Assembly (NCBI GenBank): GCA_963839405.1
Contig: CAWIUV010000003.1
Coordinates: forward strand, 237,445 to 301,444
DNA length: 64,000 bases
Reading direction: 5' to 3'
Source of the DNA: an uncultured Thermoleophilaceae bacterium
GTDB lineage: Bacteria > Actinomycetota > Thermoleophilia > Solirubrobacterales > Thermoleophilaceae
Below are positions 1-9,109 of this stretch, in pieces. Both the position numbers and the translations under genes were made by a program. The notes under the pieces are model-generated. The model was not told where the DNA came from and searched no databases. It saw only the letters and a list, made by a program, of their open reading frames with translations. Each line of letters starts with the position of its first letter. Within the stretch, counting starts at the first letter, position 1.

Positions 1-19
1 CGAGGGCGGGGGCCAGTAG

Positions 20-250
20 CTCGCGGACGAGCTCGACGTGCCCCTGCTCGGCAAGATTCCGCTTCAGGAGGAGCTACGTCTCGGCGCCGACGAGGGGCGG
101 CCGCTGGTTCTCTCTGATCCCGACGCGCCCGCCTCCCAGGCGCTCTTCCACACGGCCCGCGGGCTCATCTCGGTGGCCCCGCCGCAGCCGCTGCCCGCGG
201 GTGAGCCGGAGCCGGCAGTGACCGGCACGCCGCTGCCGATGGCGCCCTAG
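20..250 (+). CDS. C-terminal fragment of an Mrp/ApbC-type P-loop Fe-S cluster carrier (gene begins upstream of the window)
   Basis: Translation LADELDVPLLGKIPLQEELRLGADEGRPLVLSDPDAP resembles the conserved C-terminal block of Mrp/NBP35 ATPases. An in-frame TAG at 17-19 interrupts the frame further upstream. Confidence 0.5.
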   Translation, partial: LADELDVPLLGKIPLQEELRLGADEGRPLVLSDPDAPASQALFHTARGLISVAPPQPLPAGEPEPAVTGTPLPMAP

Positions 251-519
251 GCGCCCGCGCCTTCCTTGTAGTAGTCGGCGTTGATCTGGATGTACTTGTT
301 CCACTCCTCCGGGAGCTGGTCCTCGGCGAAGCAGGCGTCCACCGGGCAAGCCTCGACGCACGCGTCGCAGTCGATGCACTCCTCGGGGTCGATGTAGAGC
401 ATCTCGACCTTGTCGTAGTCAGCCTCGTCGGGAGTGGGGTGGATGCAGTCGACCGGGCACACCTCGACGCACGAGTTGTCCTTCTGGCCGATGCAGGGCT
501 CTGCGATTACGTAAGCCAT
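247..519 (-). CDS. fdxA: 7Fe-type ferredoxin
   Basis: 90-aa ORF with the cysteine clusters CIGQKDNSCVEVCP and CIDCDACVEACP typical of actinobacterial FdxA. Shares a 4-nt CTAG stop/stop overlap with the convergent upstream gene. Confidence 0.9.
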   Translation of the reverse strand: MAYVIAEPCIGQKDNSCVEVCPVDCIHPTPDEADYDKVEMLYIDPEECIDCDACVEACPVDACFAEDQLPEEWNKYIQINADYYKEGAGA

Positions 520-579
520 CTGGCGGGATGCAGCTCCTTAGGGGTGGTGAGAGAGGAGCCCGATTCTATAGTCAGCCCG

Positions 580-1203
580 GTGGCCATCACATCGCGAATG
601 CTCGCTGCGCGTGGGCGCAAGCAGGCCGAGAAGCTCGGGATAGACCCGGCGCGCATTCCCCCGGGCCAGTACCTGACCGAGCGGTTCCCGGTCCTCACCG
701 TGGGCCCGAATCCGAAGTACGACCTGAGCACGTGGGACTTCACCGTCTTCGGCGAGGTCGAGAACGAGCTCCGGCTCTCGTGGGACGAGCTGATGGCGCT
801 GCCGCAGCGCGACGTGACGCTCGACATCCACTGCGTGACGCGTTGGTCCAAGCTCGACACGACGTGGACGGGCGTGGCGGTGAAGGAGGTGCTCGACCGC
901 GCGGGTGTGAAGCCGACGGGCTCGCACCTGATGGCCTACTCCGACGGCGGCTACACCACCAACATGCCGCTCGAGGCGGTCCTCGACGACAACGCGCTGC
1001 TCGCGCACACCTACGAGGGCGAGCCGCTCGAGCACGACCACGGCGCTCCGCTCAGGCTGATCGTGCCCAAGCGCTACTTCTGGAAGTCGGCGAAGTTCCT
1101 GCGCAAGCTCGAGGTGATGAGCGCCGACCGGATGGGCTTCTGGGAGCTCAACGGCTACCACAACGACGCCGACCCATGGCAAGAGCAGAGGCACTGGTTC
1201 TGA
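580..1203 (+). CDS. Small molybdopterin-dependent (sulfite-oxidase / YedY-like) oxidoreductase
   Basis: Blocks RFPVLTVGPNP, DIHCVTRWSKLDTTWTGV and PLRLIVPKRYFWKSAKFLRKLE fit the ~200-aa Moco oxidoreductase domain. TATAGT at 567-572 lies 7 nt before GTG 580 (leaderless-type start). ATG 598 is the alternative start. Confidence 0.75.
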   Translation: MAITSRMLAARGRKQAEKLGIDPARIPPGQYLTERFPVLTVGPNPKYDLSTWDFTVFGEVENELRLSWDELMALPQRDVTLDIHCVTRWSKLDTTWTGVAVKEVLDRAGVKPTGSHLMAYSDGGYTTNMPLEAVLDDNALLAHTYEGEPLEHDHGAPLRLIVPKRYFWKSAKFLRKLEVMSADRMGFWELNGYHNDADPWQEQRHWF

Positions 1204-1207
1204 GCCG

Positions 1208-2084
1208 ATGATTCTCCTGACGGGCGCCACTGGCACGATCGGCACGCCGCTGCTGCGGCGCCTGGTCGCCGCCGGCGAGCCGGTGCGTTGCCTCGTGCGC
1301 GAACCGCGGCGGCTCGGCCCCGAACGCGTCCGCGTGCAGATCGCGCTCGGCGACCTGGGCAACCCGGCCTCGTTCCGCAACGCGATGCGCGGCGTCGACA
1401 CCGTCGTGCACCTGGCAGCGGCGATCCGCGACCAGCCGGGCGGCTCGATCGAGGAGCTCGACGCCGTCGCGACGCTGCGCCTCGTGCGTGCGGCCGAGCG
1501 GGCGGGCGTGAAGCGGTTCCTCTTCTTCTCCGCCATCGGCGCGTCGCTTCATTCGCCCGCGCGTTTCTTCCGCGCGAAGGCCCTGGCCGAGGAGGCGGTT
1601 CAGGAGGCGGACTTGGAGGCGCACGATCTTCGCGCCCTCGATCACGTACTGCGCCGGGCGATCCATGGATAACGCTGCTCGACAGGCTGTCCCGCCTGCC
1701 TGTGGCGCCCGTGTCCGGTGGCGGCGACGCCCGCTACCAGCCGATCTGGGCGGACGACGTCGCCGACTGCGTGGTGTCGCGCGCTGCGCAACCCGAACGG
1801 CAAGGCTCGCTACGAGCTGGCCGGCCCGGACGAGCTGACCTACGACGGCATCGTGAAGACGGCGCTGCGCGCGTTCGGCCGCCGCCGCCGGCTGCTGCAC
1901 GTGCCGCTGCCGGCCGTGCGCGCCGGCCTGAAGGTCGCGGAGGTCTTCGCCGGCCCGTCGGTGTTCGCGACCTGGGACGAGGCCGAGCTGATGGAGCTCT
2001 CGATGACGACGCCCGAGGGAACGGCGGACGCCGAGTCGCTCGGGCGTCAGGCCGCTGCCGATGGCGGCGGTGCTCGGCGCCTAG
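1208..2084 (+). pseudogene. NAD(P)-binding NmrA/NDUFA9-like epimerase-family protein, frame broken about 4 times
   Basis: Rossmann N-terminus MILLTGATGTIGTPLL. The continuation appears successively in other frames (TIFAPSITY; PGDPWITLLDRL..YQPIWADDVADCVV; ALRNPNGKARYELAGPDELTYDG..AESLG; VRPLPMAAVLGA-stop), with switches near 1620, 1655, 1775 and 2042. Confidence 0.7.
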
Positions 2085-2087
2085 GGC

Positions 2088-2116
2088 AAAAAAAAGGCCC
2101 GGCGCGATGCCGGGCC
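2088..2116 (-). terminator. Rho-independent terminator after groEL (also closes the convergent + strand gene)
   Basis: Stem GGCCCGGC, loop gcgat, stem GCCGGGCC. It is flanked by A8 on the + strand, which is a T8 tail after the stem on the - strand, 28 nt past the groEL stop. Confidence 0.8.
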
Positions 2117-2143
2117 CTTCTCACAGCGAAGCCGTGCGGCTCC

Positions 2144-3772
2144 TTACATCATTCCGTCCATGCCTCCGGGCATGCCGCCCATGCCGGCGCCGTCCTTCTC
2201 CGGCATCTCGGCGACGATCGCCTCGGTGGTGAGGATGTTCTTCGCGATCGACGCGGCGTTCTGCAGCGCCGAGCGCGTCACCATCGCGGGATCGATGATC
2301 CCGGCCTCGACGAGGTCCTCGATCTCGCCCGTCTCGGCGTTCAGGCCGTCGCCCTTCTTCGCCTTGCGGACGTCGTTGACCACGACCGAGCCCTCTAGCC
2401 CGGCGTTCTCGGCGAGCTGGCGGACGGGCTCCTCGAGCGCGCGGAGGATGATCCGCGCCCCGGTCTGCTCGTCCGCGTCGTCGAGAGCGTCGACCTTGAT
2501 CGAGTCGGAAGCGCGCAGCAGCGCGGTGCCGCCGCCCGCGACGATGCCCTCCTCGAGGGCGGCGCGGGTGGCCTGCAGCGCGTCCTCGACGCGGTGCTTC
2601 TTCTCCTTCATCTCGGTCTCGGTGGCAGCGCCGACCTTGACCACCGCGACGCCGCCCGAGAGCTTCGCCAGGCGCTCCTGGAGCTTCTCACGGTCGAAGT
2701 CGGAGTCGGTGTTCTCGATCTCCTGCTTGATCTGGTTGATCCGGCCCTTGATCGCGTCGGCTTCGCCGGCACCGTCGATGACCGTCGAGGTGTCCTTCGT
2801 GACCACGACGCGGCGGGCCTGGCCGAGCTGCGAGAGCTGCGTGTTCTCGAGCTTGAGGCCCATCTCCTCGGTGATCACCTCGCCGCCCGTGAGGATCGCG
2901 ATGTCCTCGAGCATGCGCTTGCGGCGATCGCCGAAGCCCGGCGCCTTGACCGCGACGGCCGTGAAGGTGCCGCGGAGCTTGTTCACGACGAGCGTGGCGA
3001 GCGCCTCGCCCTCGACGTCCTCGGCGACGATCACCAGCGGCTTGCCCGACTGGATGACCTGCTCGAGCACCGGCAGAAGGTCGCGGACCGAGCCGATCTT
3101 CTGGTTGGCGATCAGGATGTAGGGGTCCTCGAGGACGGCCTCCATCCGGTCCTGGTCGGTGACCATGTACGGCGAGATGTAGCCCTTGTCGAACTGCATG
3201 CCCTCGGTGAACTCGAGGTCCATGCCGAACGTCTGGCCCTCCTCGACGTTCACGACGCCGTCCTTGCCGACCTTCTCGATCGCGTCGGCGATGACCTCGC
3301 CGATCTCGTCGTCGCCGGCCGAGATGGCCGCCACGCGCGCGATCTGCTCCTTGCCCGAGATCTCCTTCGACTGCGAGCGGATGTCCTCGACCACCTGGTC
3401 GACGGCCTTCTCGATGCCGCGCCGCAGCGCGATCGGGTTGGCGCCCGCCGTGACGTTCTTCAGTCCCTGGCGGACGATCGTCTGCGCGAGGACCGTGGCG
3501 GTCGTCGTGCCGTCGCCGGCAACGTCGTTCGTCGCCGTGGCGACCTCGCGGACGAGCTGCGCGCCCTGGTTCTCGAAGACGTCCTCGACCTCGATCTCGC
3601 GAGCGATGGTCACGCCGTCGTTCGTGATGGTCGGGGCGCCGAACTTCTTGTCGAGGACGACGTAGCGTCCCTTCGGGCCAAGGGTTACCTTGACCGCGTT
3701 GGCGACACTGTCGACGCCGGCCTCGAGGGCCTGGCGCGCGGCGGTGTCGTACTTCAGCTCCTTGTGAGCCAT
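2144..3772 (-). CDS. groL: Chaperonin GroEL (60 kDa), with C-terminal GGM-type tail
   Basis: 542-aa intact ORF: [62 protein letters not shown], ending in [11 protein letters not shown]. Confidence 0.98.
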   Translation of the reverse strand: MAHKELKYDTAARQALEAGVDSVANAVKVTLGPKGRYVVLDKKFGAPTITNDGVTIAREIEVEDVFENQGAQLVREVATATNDVAGDGTTTATVLAQTIVRQGLKNVTAGANPIALRRGIEKAVDQVVEDIRSQSKEISGKEQIARVAAISAGDDEIGEVIADAIEKVGKDGVVNVEEGQTFGMDLEFTEGMQFDKGYISPYMVTDQDRMEAVLEDPYILIANQKIGSVRDLLPVLEQVIQSGKPLVIVAEDVEGEALATLVVNKLRGTFTAVAVKAPGFGDRRKRMLEDIAILTGGEVITEEMGLKLENTQLSQLGQARRVVVTKDTSTVIDGAGEADAIKGRINQIKQEIENTDSDFDREKLQERLAKLSGGVAVVKVGAATETEMKEKKHRVEDALQATRAALEEGIVAGGGTALLRASDSIKVDALDDADEQTGARIILRALEEPVRQLAENAGLEGSVVVNDVRKAKKGDGLNAETGEIEDLVEAGIIDPAMVTRSALQNAASIAKNILTTEAIVAEMPEKDGAGMGGMPGGMDGMM

Positions 3773-3803
3773 TTCTAGGTTCCTCCGTCTTCAGTCTTGT
3801 GAG

Positions 3804-4094
3804 TTAGCCGACCTTGGCCAGCACGTCGGACTCGCGGAGGACGAGCAGGTCGTCGCCCTCGACGTTGATCTCCGTGCCGCCGTACTTGGAGTAGAGGACC
3901 TCGTCGCCCTCTGCGACGTCGAGCGGAATCCGCTTCTCGCCGTCCTCGTCCCACTTGCCCTCTCCAGCGGCAACGACCTTGCCCCGCTGGGGCTTCTCCT
4001 TCGCGGTGTCGGGAAGGACGATGCCGCTTGCGGTCGTCTCATCCTCATCGATTGCCTTGACGATCACGCGATCGCCGAGCGGCTTCAGCTTCAT
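3804..4094 (-). CDS. groES: Co-chaperonin GroES
   Basis: 96-aa [44 protein letters not shown].., preceded by GGAGGA, 31 nt upstream of groEL. The longer track ORF (to 4253) is an upstream extension. Confidence 0.95.
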   Translation of the reverse strand: MKLKPLGDRVIVKAIDEDETTASGIVLPDTAKEKPQRGKVVAAGEGKWDEDGEKRIPLDVAEGDEVLYSKYGGTEINVEGDDLLVLRESDVLAKVG

Positions 4095-4108
4095 AGATAA
4101 ATCCTCCG

Positions 4109-4135
4109 TTGGCACTCTACGTACGAGAGTGCCAG
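4109..4135 (-). promoter_or_regulatory. CIRCE operator 1 (HrcA binding site)
   Basis: TTGGCACTC-N9-GAGTGCCAG against the consensus TTAGCACTC-N9-GAGTGCTAA. Lies 15 nt upstream of the groES start. Confidence 0.85.
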
Positions 4136-4140
4136 TTATA
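4135..4140 (-). promoter_or_regulatory. Candidate -10 box (TATAAC) of the groESL promoter, lying between the two CIRCE elements
   Basis: The minus strand reads TCGGCA-18nt-TATAAC. The -35-like hexamer lies inside CIRCE 2 and the -10 bridges the two operators. Confidence 0.35.
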
Positions 4141-4164
4141 GCACTCAGGATCAGAGAGTGCCGA
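4138..4164 (-). promoter_or_regulatory. CIRCE operator 2 (HrcA binding site)
   Basis: ATAGCACTC-N9-GAGTGCCGA, 2 nt from operator 1. Confidence 0.8.
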
Positions 4165-4167
4165 GGC

Positions 4168-4572
4168 TTAGTTCTGGTGCGACCCGGAGCCGCGCAGGCG
4201 CTCCGAGAACTCGCTCGGGGGAGGCGTCTCCTTGATCTCGGAGAAGCGCACAACGGTGACGATGTCGTCCTCGCTCACCGACCGGCCGTAGATCTGCTCG
4301 AGGAAGTGGATCGTCTCGTCGAGCCGCCGGAACTCCGGGTTGTCGTGCTCGATGTCGCGCGGGGAGAGCTCCTTCACGCGCTTCACCTCCACCTCGTCGA
4401 TGACGGCCAGGAAGATCTTCTCCCGGGGCGAGTGCTGGAAGCCCACCGTGACCATCACGACGTTGCCCTTGCGGTACTTCGCGCTCTTGTCGCCGAGGCG
4501 GATCGTGGCCGTCTTCCTGTGCCTGCGTAGCTGGTCCACGAACACGGGCGAGTAGAAGTTCAGGACGAACAC
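4168..4572 (-). CDS. ASCH (ASC-1 homology) domain protein
   Basis: 134-aa ORF (GTG start) with [24 protein letters not shown], matching the ASCH core motif (G-x-K-T-x-T-x-R). Confidence 0.6.
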   Translation of the reverse strand: MFVLNFYSPVFVDQLRRHRKTATIRLGDKSAKYRKGNVVMVTVGFQHSPREKIFLAVIDEVEVKRVKELSPRDIEHDNPEFRRLDETIHFLEQIYGRSVSEDDIVTVVRFSEIKETPPPSEFSERLRGSGSHQN

Positions 4573-4582
4573 GCGCGGGAGC

Positions 4583-5023
4583 CTAGCCTTCTTCGGCGAG
4601 CTTCGACAGGGCGGCGCGGGCCATTTCCTTCTCGCCCCGGTAGGCCAGCCGCGACGCCGCCTCCTCGAGTGGCACCCATTCCGCGCCGTCCACCTCCGCG
4701 CGCTGGTAGTCGCGCACCGAGCCGGACCGGTAGCGGAGGAGGAAGAACGACACGACCTTCAGCACGCGCGCGCCGTCGCGCGTGTACCAGTAGCGGATGT
4801 CGTCCAGCTTCTCGACGAGCGTGCTTTCGATGCCCGCCTCCTCGCGCACCTCGCGGACGGCGGCCTCCGCGCCGCTCTCGCCCTGCTCGATATGGCCCTT
4901 CGGCAGCGCCAGGACCGTCCCGTCCTTGACGCGCACGGCCGCGATGTAGGGCCGGCCCCGCATCTGCCGCACGACGAGGCCGCCGGCAGAGAACTCGCGC
5001 AGGAGCGGGGGTTTCTCGTTCAC
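4583..5023 (-). CDS. NUDIX hydrolase
   Basis: Nudix box [23 protein letters not shown] (GX5EX7REUXEEXGU). GTG start at 5023 overlaps the pcm stop. The 359-aa track ORF 4583..5662 is a read-through artefact of the pcm frameshift. Confidence 0.85.
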   Translation of the reverse strand: MNEKPPLLREFSAGGLVVRQMRGRPYIAAVRVKDGTVLALPKGHIEQGESGAEAAVREVREEAGIESTLVEKLDDIRYWYTRDGARVLKVVSFFLLRYRSGSVRDYQRAEVDGAEWVPLEEAASRLAYRGEKEMARAALSKLAEEG

Positions 5024-5614
5024 TCGTCGCTGACCAGCGGGACGAACCGGACCGCGGCGAGGGTCTCCTCGACCCCGTCGCGCACCCGCACCAGGTGCTC
5101 GCCGCCCTGCCTGCGGACCGGGCAGACGAGCGTGCCTTTCGAGGAGAGCTGTTCGAGCAGCGCTTGCGGTGGGGCGCCCTCGGCCGTTGCGGTCACCGAT
5201 ATGCCGTCGAACGGAGCGCGGTCGGGTGCTCCCAGGGTGCCGTCGCCCGCGCGCACCTCGACATTGTCGCGGCCGAGGTCGCGCAGGAGCGCCTTCGCCT
5301 GGTCGGCGAGCGCGACGTGCCGCTCGATCGTGACGAGCTCGCGGCAGAGCAGCGACAGCACGGCCGCCGAGTAGCCCGGAGCCCGCGCCGACCTCGAGCA
5401 CCCGCTCGTCGCCGCGGAGCTCCAGGGCCTGAGCCATCGCGGCCACGATCCACGGCTGCGAGATGGTCTGCCCGGATCCGATGGGAAGCGCCCCGTCGCG
5501 GTAGGCGCGGCGTCGTTCGCGCGGCGGCACGAAGCGCTCGCGCGGGACCGTGTTCATGGCGGCCAGCACGCGCTCGTCCTCGATGCCGCGCCGCCGCAGC
5601 TGGCGCTCGACCAT
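5020..5614 (-). pseudogene. pcm: Protein-L-isoaspartate O-methyltransferase, one frameshift near 5375
   Basis: N-terminal part [52 protein letters not shown]. The remainder ([31 protein letters not shown]) is in the frame of ORF 5020..5361. An extra G in CCGGG restores [10 protein letters not shown] when removed. Confidence 0.85.
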
Positions 5615-5627
5615 GCGGGCGCGCGCC

Positions 5628-6320
5628 TCAGTAGATGTAGTTTCGGAGCGCCGCGGGGTCATGCACGGTCACCTTGGCACGTCCCGTGGAGACGACTCCG
5701 GCGCGTTCGAGCGTCGCCAGGAAGCGCGACGCCGACTCGCGCGACGACCCGGCAAGCTGGGCGATGTCCGCCTGGGTGGCGGAGATCACGATGTCCGTCG
5801 GATCCGCACCCTCGCGGATCCGAGCCTCGACCTGCCCCACGAGGACGGACGCCACGCGACCCGCGACGGTCTGGAACGACTGCCGGGTGATCCGCTCGTT
5901 CGCCGCCCGCAGGCGAGCGGCCAGCTCGCCGAGCAGCTTCACGGCGATCTCGGGCCGGGCGGCGAGCAGGCGGCGGACGTCCGCGGCCAGCAGCGCGACG
6001 GCCGTCGTGTCCTCTAGCGCTTCGATCGTCGCGGAGCGGGTCTCGCCCCCCCACATCGCGAGCTCGCCGAAGATGTCGCCGCGCCGCAGCTCCGCCAGCG
6101 TGATCGCGCGCCCGTCGGAGTGGTTTCGCGTGACGCGCGCAGCGCCGCTGCGCACCACGTAGCACGTGTCGCCCTCGTCGCCCTCGCGGAAGACGACCTC
6201 GCCGGCGCTCCAGCGCCGCGGGACACCGACATCGGCGAGCTGCGCGATGTCAGCGGGTGCCAGCCCGGCGAACAGCGGCACCTGGGCAAGCAGTTCGGCT
6301 GTGTCGGAGCCTTTGGGCAG
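5628..6320 (-). CDS. Crp/Fnr-family transcriptional regulator (cNMP-binding domain + HTH)
   Basis: [47 protein letters not shown] plus C-terminal [26 protein letters not shown]. The start is uncertain: the ORF upstream of about 6320 overlaps the previous gene, CTG 6320 or GTG 6281 are candidates, and there is no ATG. Confidence 0.8.
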   Translation of the reverse strand: MPKGSDTAELLAQVPLFAGLAPADIAQLADVGVPRRWSAGEVVFREGDEGDTCYVVRSGAARVTRNHSDGRAITLAELRRGDIFGELAMWGGETRSATIEALEDTTAVALLAADVRRLLAARPEIAVKLLGELAARLRAANERITRQSFQTVAGRVASVLVGQVEARIREGADPTDIVISATQADIAQLAGSSRESASRFLATLERAGVVSTGRAKVTVHDPAALRNYIY

Positions 6321-6330
6321 AGGGAAAAGC

Positions 6331-7356
6331 CTAGGCCAGCGCGCGCTCGCGTGCGCGCCGTCGTGCGCGTGAGGCCACGAGCCAGCCCACCAGCCCCAGC
6401 AGAGCGAGGGGTAGGAGGATCGCTCCGGCCCGGATGAGGAAGTTGAGAATGTCCTCCAGCGACCCGACGGCGTCGTCGACCGCCTCGTCCGTCTCACCTG
6501 TGACGGCACCCGCGTCCTCGTCCACGAGGTCCACGACGATGGTCGCGTACTCGGTGCGCTCGCGCACCCCGCGCAGCTGGTCGCGCAGCGCCGTGATGCG
6601 ATTGCCGACGATCGTGAGCCGCCGGCGGAGAGCCTGGGCGGCCGTGTCGGTCTCCGCCAGCTCGAGGCGGCGCAGGAGGCTCGTACGCAGCGCCCGAGCC
6701 GTGCGCAGGCGGTCGCGGATCGAGACGAACGATCCGGTCACGTCAGTGCCCGACTCGCTCCTCGCGCGCACGGTGGCGAGCCGTGACAGCTCGTTGAGCG
6801 CGGGCTGCAGCTGCGATGACGGCACACGCAGCTGGAAGAAGCCGGTGCTGAAGCCCTCCTCGCCCTGGGTGAAGGACGACTGGAGGACGAAGCCGTCGCG
6901 GCGGTCGGCCGTGCGGAAGATCGCGTCGGCGATGCTGTCGAACTCGTCCGGATCGGAGGCCAGGGTGAGCTGGGCGGAGCGCTCGATGCGCCGGACCTCC
7001 GCGCCTGGAGCGATGTCTTCGCCTCCGACGGGCGGCGGGATCGGCTGGGGCAGCGCGGTCCCGGGCTCGGCCGCACGGCTTGCGGTGTCGGCGCCCAGGC
7101 TCTCGGCCGCGGCCGGGGCGTCGGTCGCCGTAGGGGCGCTTGGCTCCTCGCCCGAATCCAGCACGGCGACGGCCACGAGTACGGCCAGGCCGGCGCTGGC
7201 CGCGAACGCCGCAATGGGTCGCGGGCGGAGGGCGGGGAGGCGACGCTTCCGCTCGTGCGGGAAGCCGCGCTTCATCCGCCACTCCATGTCGGCGACGAAG
7301 TCGGGGTCCGGCGTCGGCCGGATCTCCTCCAGGACGTCCTCAAGCGTCTTCATCAC
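6331..7356 (-). CDS. Membrane anti-sigma-factor-like protein with extracytoplasmic DUF4349-like domain
   Basis: Overlaps the ECF sigma gene by 17 nt. Has a TM segment (IAAFAASAGLAVLVAVAVL), a coiled region resembling DUF4349 (FFQLRVPSSQLQPALNELSRL..DVTGSFVSIRDRL) and a C-terminal TM. The anti-sigma role is inferred from position only. Confidence 0.6.
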   Translation of the reverse strand: MMKTLEDVLEEIRPTPDPDFVADMEWRMKRGFPHERKRRLPALRPRPIAAFAASAGLAVLVAVAVLDSGEEPSAPTATDAPAAAESLGADTASRAAEPGTALPQPIPPPVGGEDIAPGAEVRRIERSAQLTLASDPDEFDSIADAIFRTADRRDGFVLQSSFTQGEEGFSTGFFQLRVPSSQLQPALNELSRLATVRARSESGTDVTGSFVSIRDRLRTARALRTSLLRRLELAETDTAAQALRRRLTIVGNRITALRDQLRGVRERTEYATIVVDLVDEDAGAVTGETDEAVDDAVGSLEDILNFLIRAGAILLPLALLGLVGWLVASRARRRARERALA

Positions 7357-7888
7357 ATTCCCTCCTCAGCTTCTCGAGCGTTCGGTGCAGCCGAGTCCCG
7401 GCGTTCGACGCCGATATCCCGAGCACGCGGGCGATCTCCTCGTGCGAGAGCCCGCCGGCGAACTTGAGCGCGACGATCTCGCGCTCGCGCGGGGCGAGCC
7501 GGCCCAGCGCGGCGCGTACGGCCTCGCGGCGAAGCGCTCCGTCCGCCAGCTCGTCGGCGGCGGGCGCGTGGACGTCCTCCGGATCGGCTTCGAGAACCGC
7601 ACGGCGCTTCTGCCGGCGGAGCTCGTCGAGGGCCGCGTTGCGCGCGATCCCGAAGAGCCACGCCTCCTCGCTGCCGCGCGACGCCCTGAATGTGCGCCGC
7701 TTGCGGTACGCGCGCTCGAACGCCTGCGCCGTTACCTCCTCCGCGGCGGTGCGGTCGCGCAGCAGCGTCGCGACGTATCCGTACACGCGCGGGAAGGAGC
7801 GGCGGTACAGGGCCTCGAATGCCTCGGAAGGAGTGCTCGTGGCGCGCCGGAGCGGGCGGGCGATCCGTTCGGCGACTGCTTCGCTCAT
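7340..7888 (-). CDS. ECF-type RNA polymerase sigma-70 family factor
   Basis: Region 2 (FEALYRRSFPRVYGYVATLLRDRTAAEEVTAQAF..AWLFGIARNAALD) and region 4 (LAPREREIVALKFAGGLSHEEIARVLGISASNAGTRLHR). Confidence 0.9.
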   Translation of the reverse strand: MSEAVAERIARPLRRATSTPSEAFEALYRRSFPRVYGYVATLLRDRTAAEEVTAQAFERAYRKRRTFRASRGSEEAWLFGIARNAALDELRRQKRRAVLEADPEDVHAPAADELADGALRREAVRAALGRLAPREREIVALKFAGGLSHEEIARVLGISASNAGTRLHRTLEKLRRECDEDA

Positions 7889-8408
7889 GCCTCAACTACG
7901 CTCCAGGCGGCCTTTCATCACGGTGGTTTTTCTTCTTCTCGCACTTGTTCTCGCACTGACCCTGCCGGGCCCGGCAGCGGCCAACCACACCGGCGACCTC
8001 TGGGCGACCGTGAACATCTGCGACACCCAGGAGAACCCGAACGTCCTCGGCGTGCGCGCCAGCATGCCCGGCAACGGGACGAAGCAGACGATGTGGATGC
8101 GCTTCCGTGCGAGCTACTACGACAGGGGCACGGAGGAGTGGTACGACGTGGGCGGCGACAGCATCTCGCCGTGGATCAAGGTGGGCAACGCGAAGTACCG
8201 CAGCCGCGAGTCCGGGCGCAAGTTCCACATCGACCCGCCCGTGCCGACGACGAGCCACGTGGTGCGCGGCCTCGTCGACTTCCGCTGGCGCCGCGACGGG
8301 GAGACGGTCCGGCGTACCACGCGCAAGACGCTGGCCGGCCACCCGACCGGCACTCACGGAGACCCGGACAACTACTCGGCCGGGCTGTGTGAGATTGCGT
8401 TCCCGTAG
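7887..8408 (+). CDS. Secreted protein of unknown function
   Basis: Signal peptide MPQLRSRRPFITVVFLLLALVLALTLPGPAAA followed by a 140-aa domain with no motif I recognise. Only the C-terminal part of track ORF 7140..8408 is plausible coding sequence. Confidence 0.55.
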   Translation: MPQLRSRRPFITVVFLLLALVLALTLPGPAAANHTGDLWATVNICDTQENPNVLGVRASMPGNGTKQTMWMRFRASYYDRGTEEWYDVGGDSISPWIKVGNAKYRSRESGRKFHIDPPVPTTSHVVRGLVDFRWRRDGETVRRTTRKTLAGHPTGTHGDPDNYSAGLCEIAFP

Positions 8409-9109
8409 AGCCCGTCGAAGAGCCGCGGGTCGTTCGTGATGACCGCGTGCACGCCGATCGCCTCGAGGCGGGCGATCTTGTCGGCGTCGTCCACCGTCCA
8501 GACGTAGAGCTCGCCGCCCGCCGCGCGGACCTGCTGCGCCAGCCGTGGCGTGACCACGTAGTGGTGCGCCATCACCGCCTGGATCCGGCCGGCGCGGATG
8601 AAGCTGGCGGCGCGGGCGGGCAGCCGGCGCTTGATCACCTGTAGGACCCCGTACGCCGGGACCGCCCAGATGCTGCGCGTGTAGTCGCGCTGCGCGCGCG
8701 GCACCGACCAGCCACGCGGGATGTCCGGATCGAGCTCGCGCACCCGGTCGAGGCTCTCGAGGTACTGGCTCGAGATGAGCGACCTCGCCGACAGCCCTCG
8801 TGCGGCCAGGCCCTCGACCACCTCGCGCTCGTACCCCGGCAGCTTCAGATCGACGTCCAGCTCCACGCCCGCGTACGCCTCGCCCGCGAACAGGTCGAGT
8901 CCCTCGTCGAGCGTGAGCGGCGTCCGCTTCGCGGCGTCCTTGAAGTCGTGCGCGAGCACAAGCCGGCCGTCACGCAGCCGCAGGACGTCGAACTCGATCA
9001 TGTCGACGCCGTGCTCGAGCGCCGCCTCGAAGCTCGCGCGCGTGTTGCCGGGGGCCACGTGGTCGGCGCCCTTGTGGCCGACTCGCTTCAGCGCTGACAA
9101 CCGGGACAC
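8372..9109 (-). CDS. Glycerophosphodiester phosphodiesterase (GDPD family)
   Basis: [37 protein letters not shown] matches the GDPD catalytic N-terminus (HRG..ENT..E.D). GTG 9109 overlaps the nei stop. The track ORF 8372..9865 fuses it artefactually to nei. Confidence 0.8.
   Translation of the reverse strand: MSRLSALKRVGHKGADHVAPGNTRASFEAALEHGVDMIEFDVLRLRDGRLVLAHDFKDAAKRTPLTLDEGLDLFAGEAYAGVELDVDLKLPGYEREVVEGLAARGLSARSLISSQYLESLDRVRELDPDIPRGWSVPRAQRDYTRSIWAVPAYGVLQVIKRRLPARAASFIRAGRIQAVMAHHYVVTPRLAQQVRAAGGELYVWTVDDADKIARLEAIGVHAVITNDPRLFDGLYGNAISHSPAE

Noticed and set aside
538-1536. Long antisense or alternative-frame ORFs with Arg/Ala/Pro/Gly-rich translations. Examples: 538..1536 -, 2594..3778 +, 6434..8392 +, 10169..12397 +, 11850..13559 +, 18776..19876 +, 37484..39112 + beyond the GNAT part, and 55920..56915 -.
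   Set aside because: They lie opposite or out of frame to genes with clear conserved motifs and have low-complexity, high-GC shadow composition with no recognisable domains. Such ORFs are typical non-coding artefacts of roughly 70% GC DNA.
4583-5662. 359-aa ORF that looks like a pcm-Nudix fusion. Similarly, 8372..9865 looks like a Nei-GDPD fusion.
   Set aside because: In both cases the middle of the ORF is Arg/Ala-rich nonsense. The missing conserved half of the first protein is found in another frame. The second protein has its own start overlapping the true stop. These are read-through artefacts of single frameshifts.
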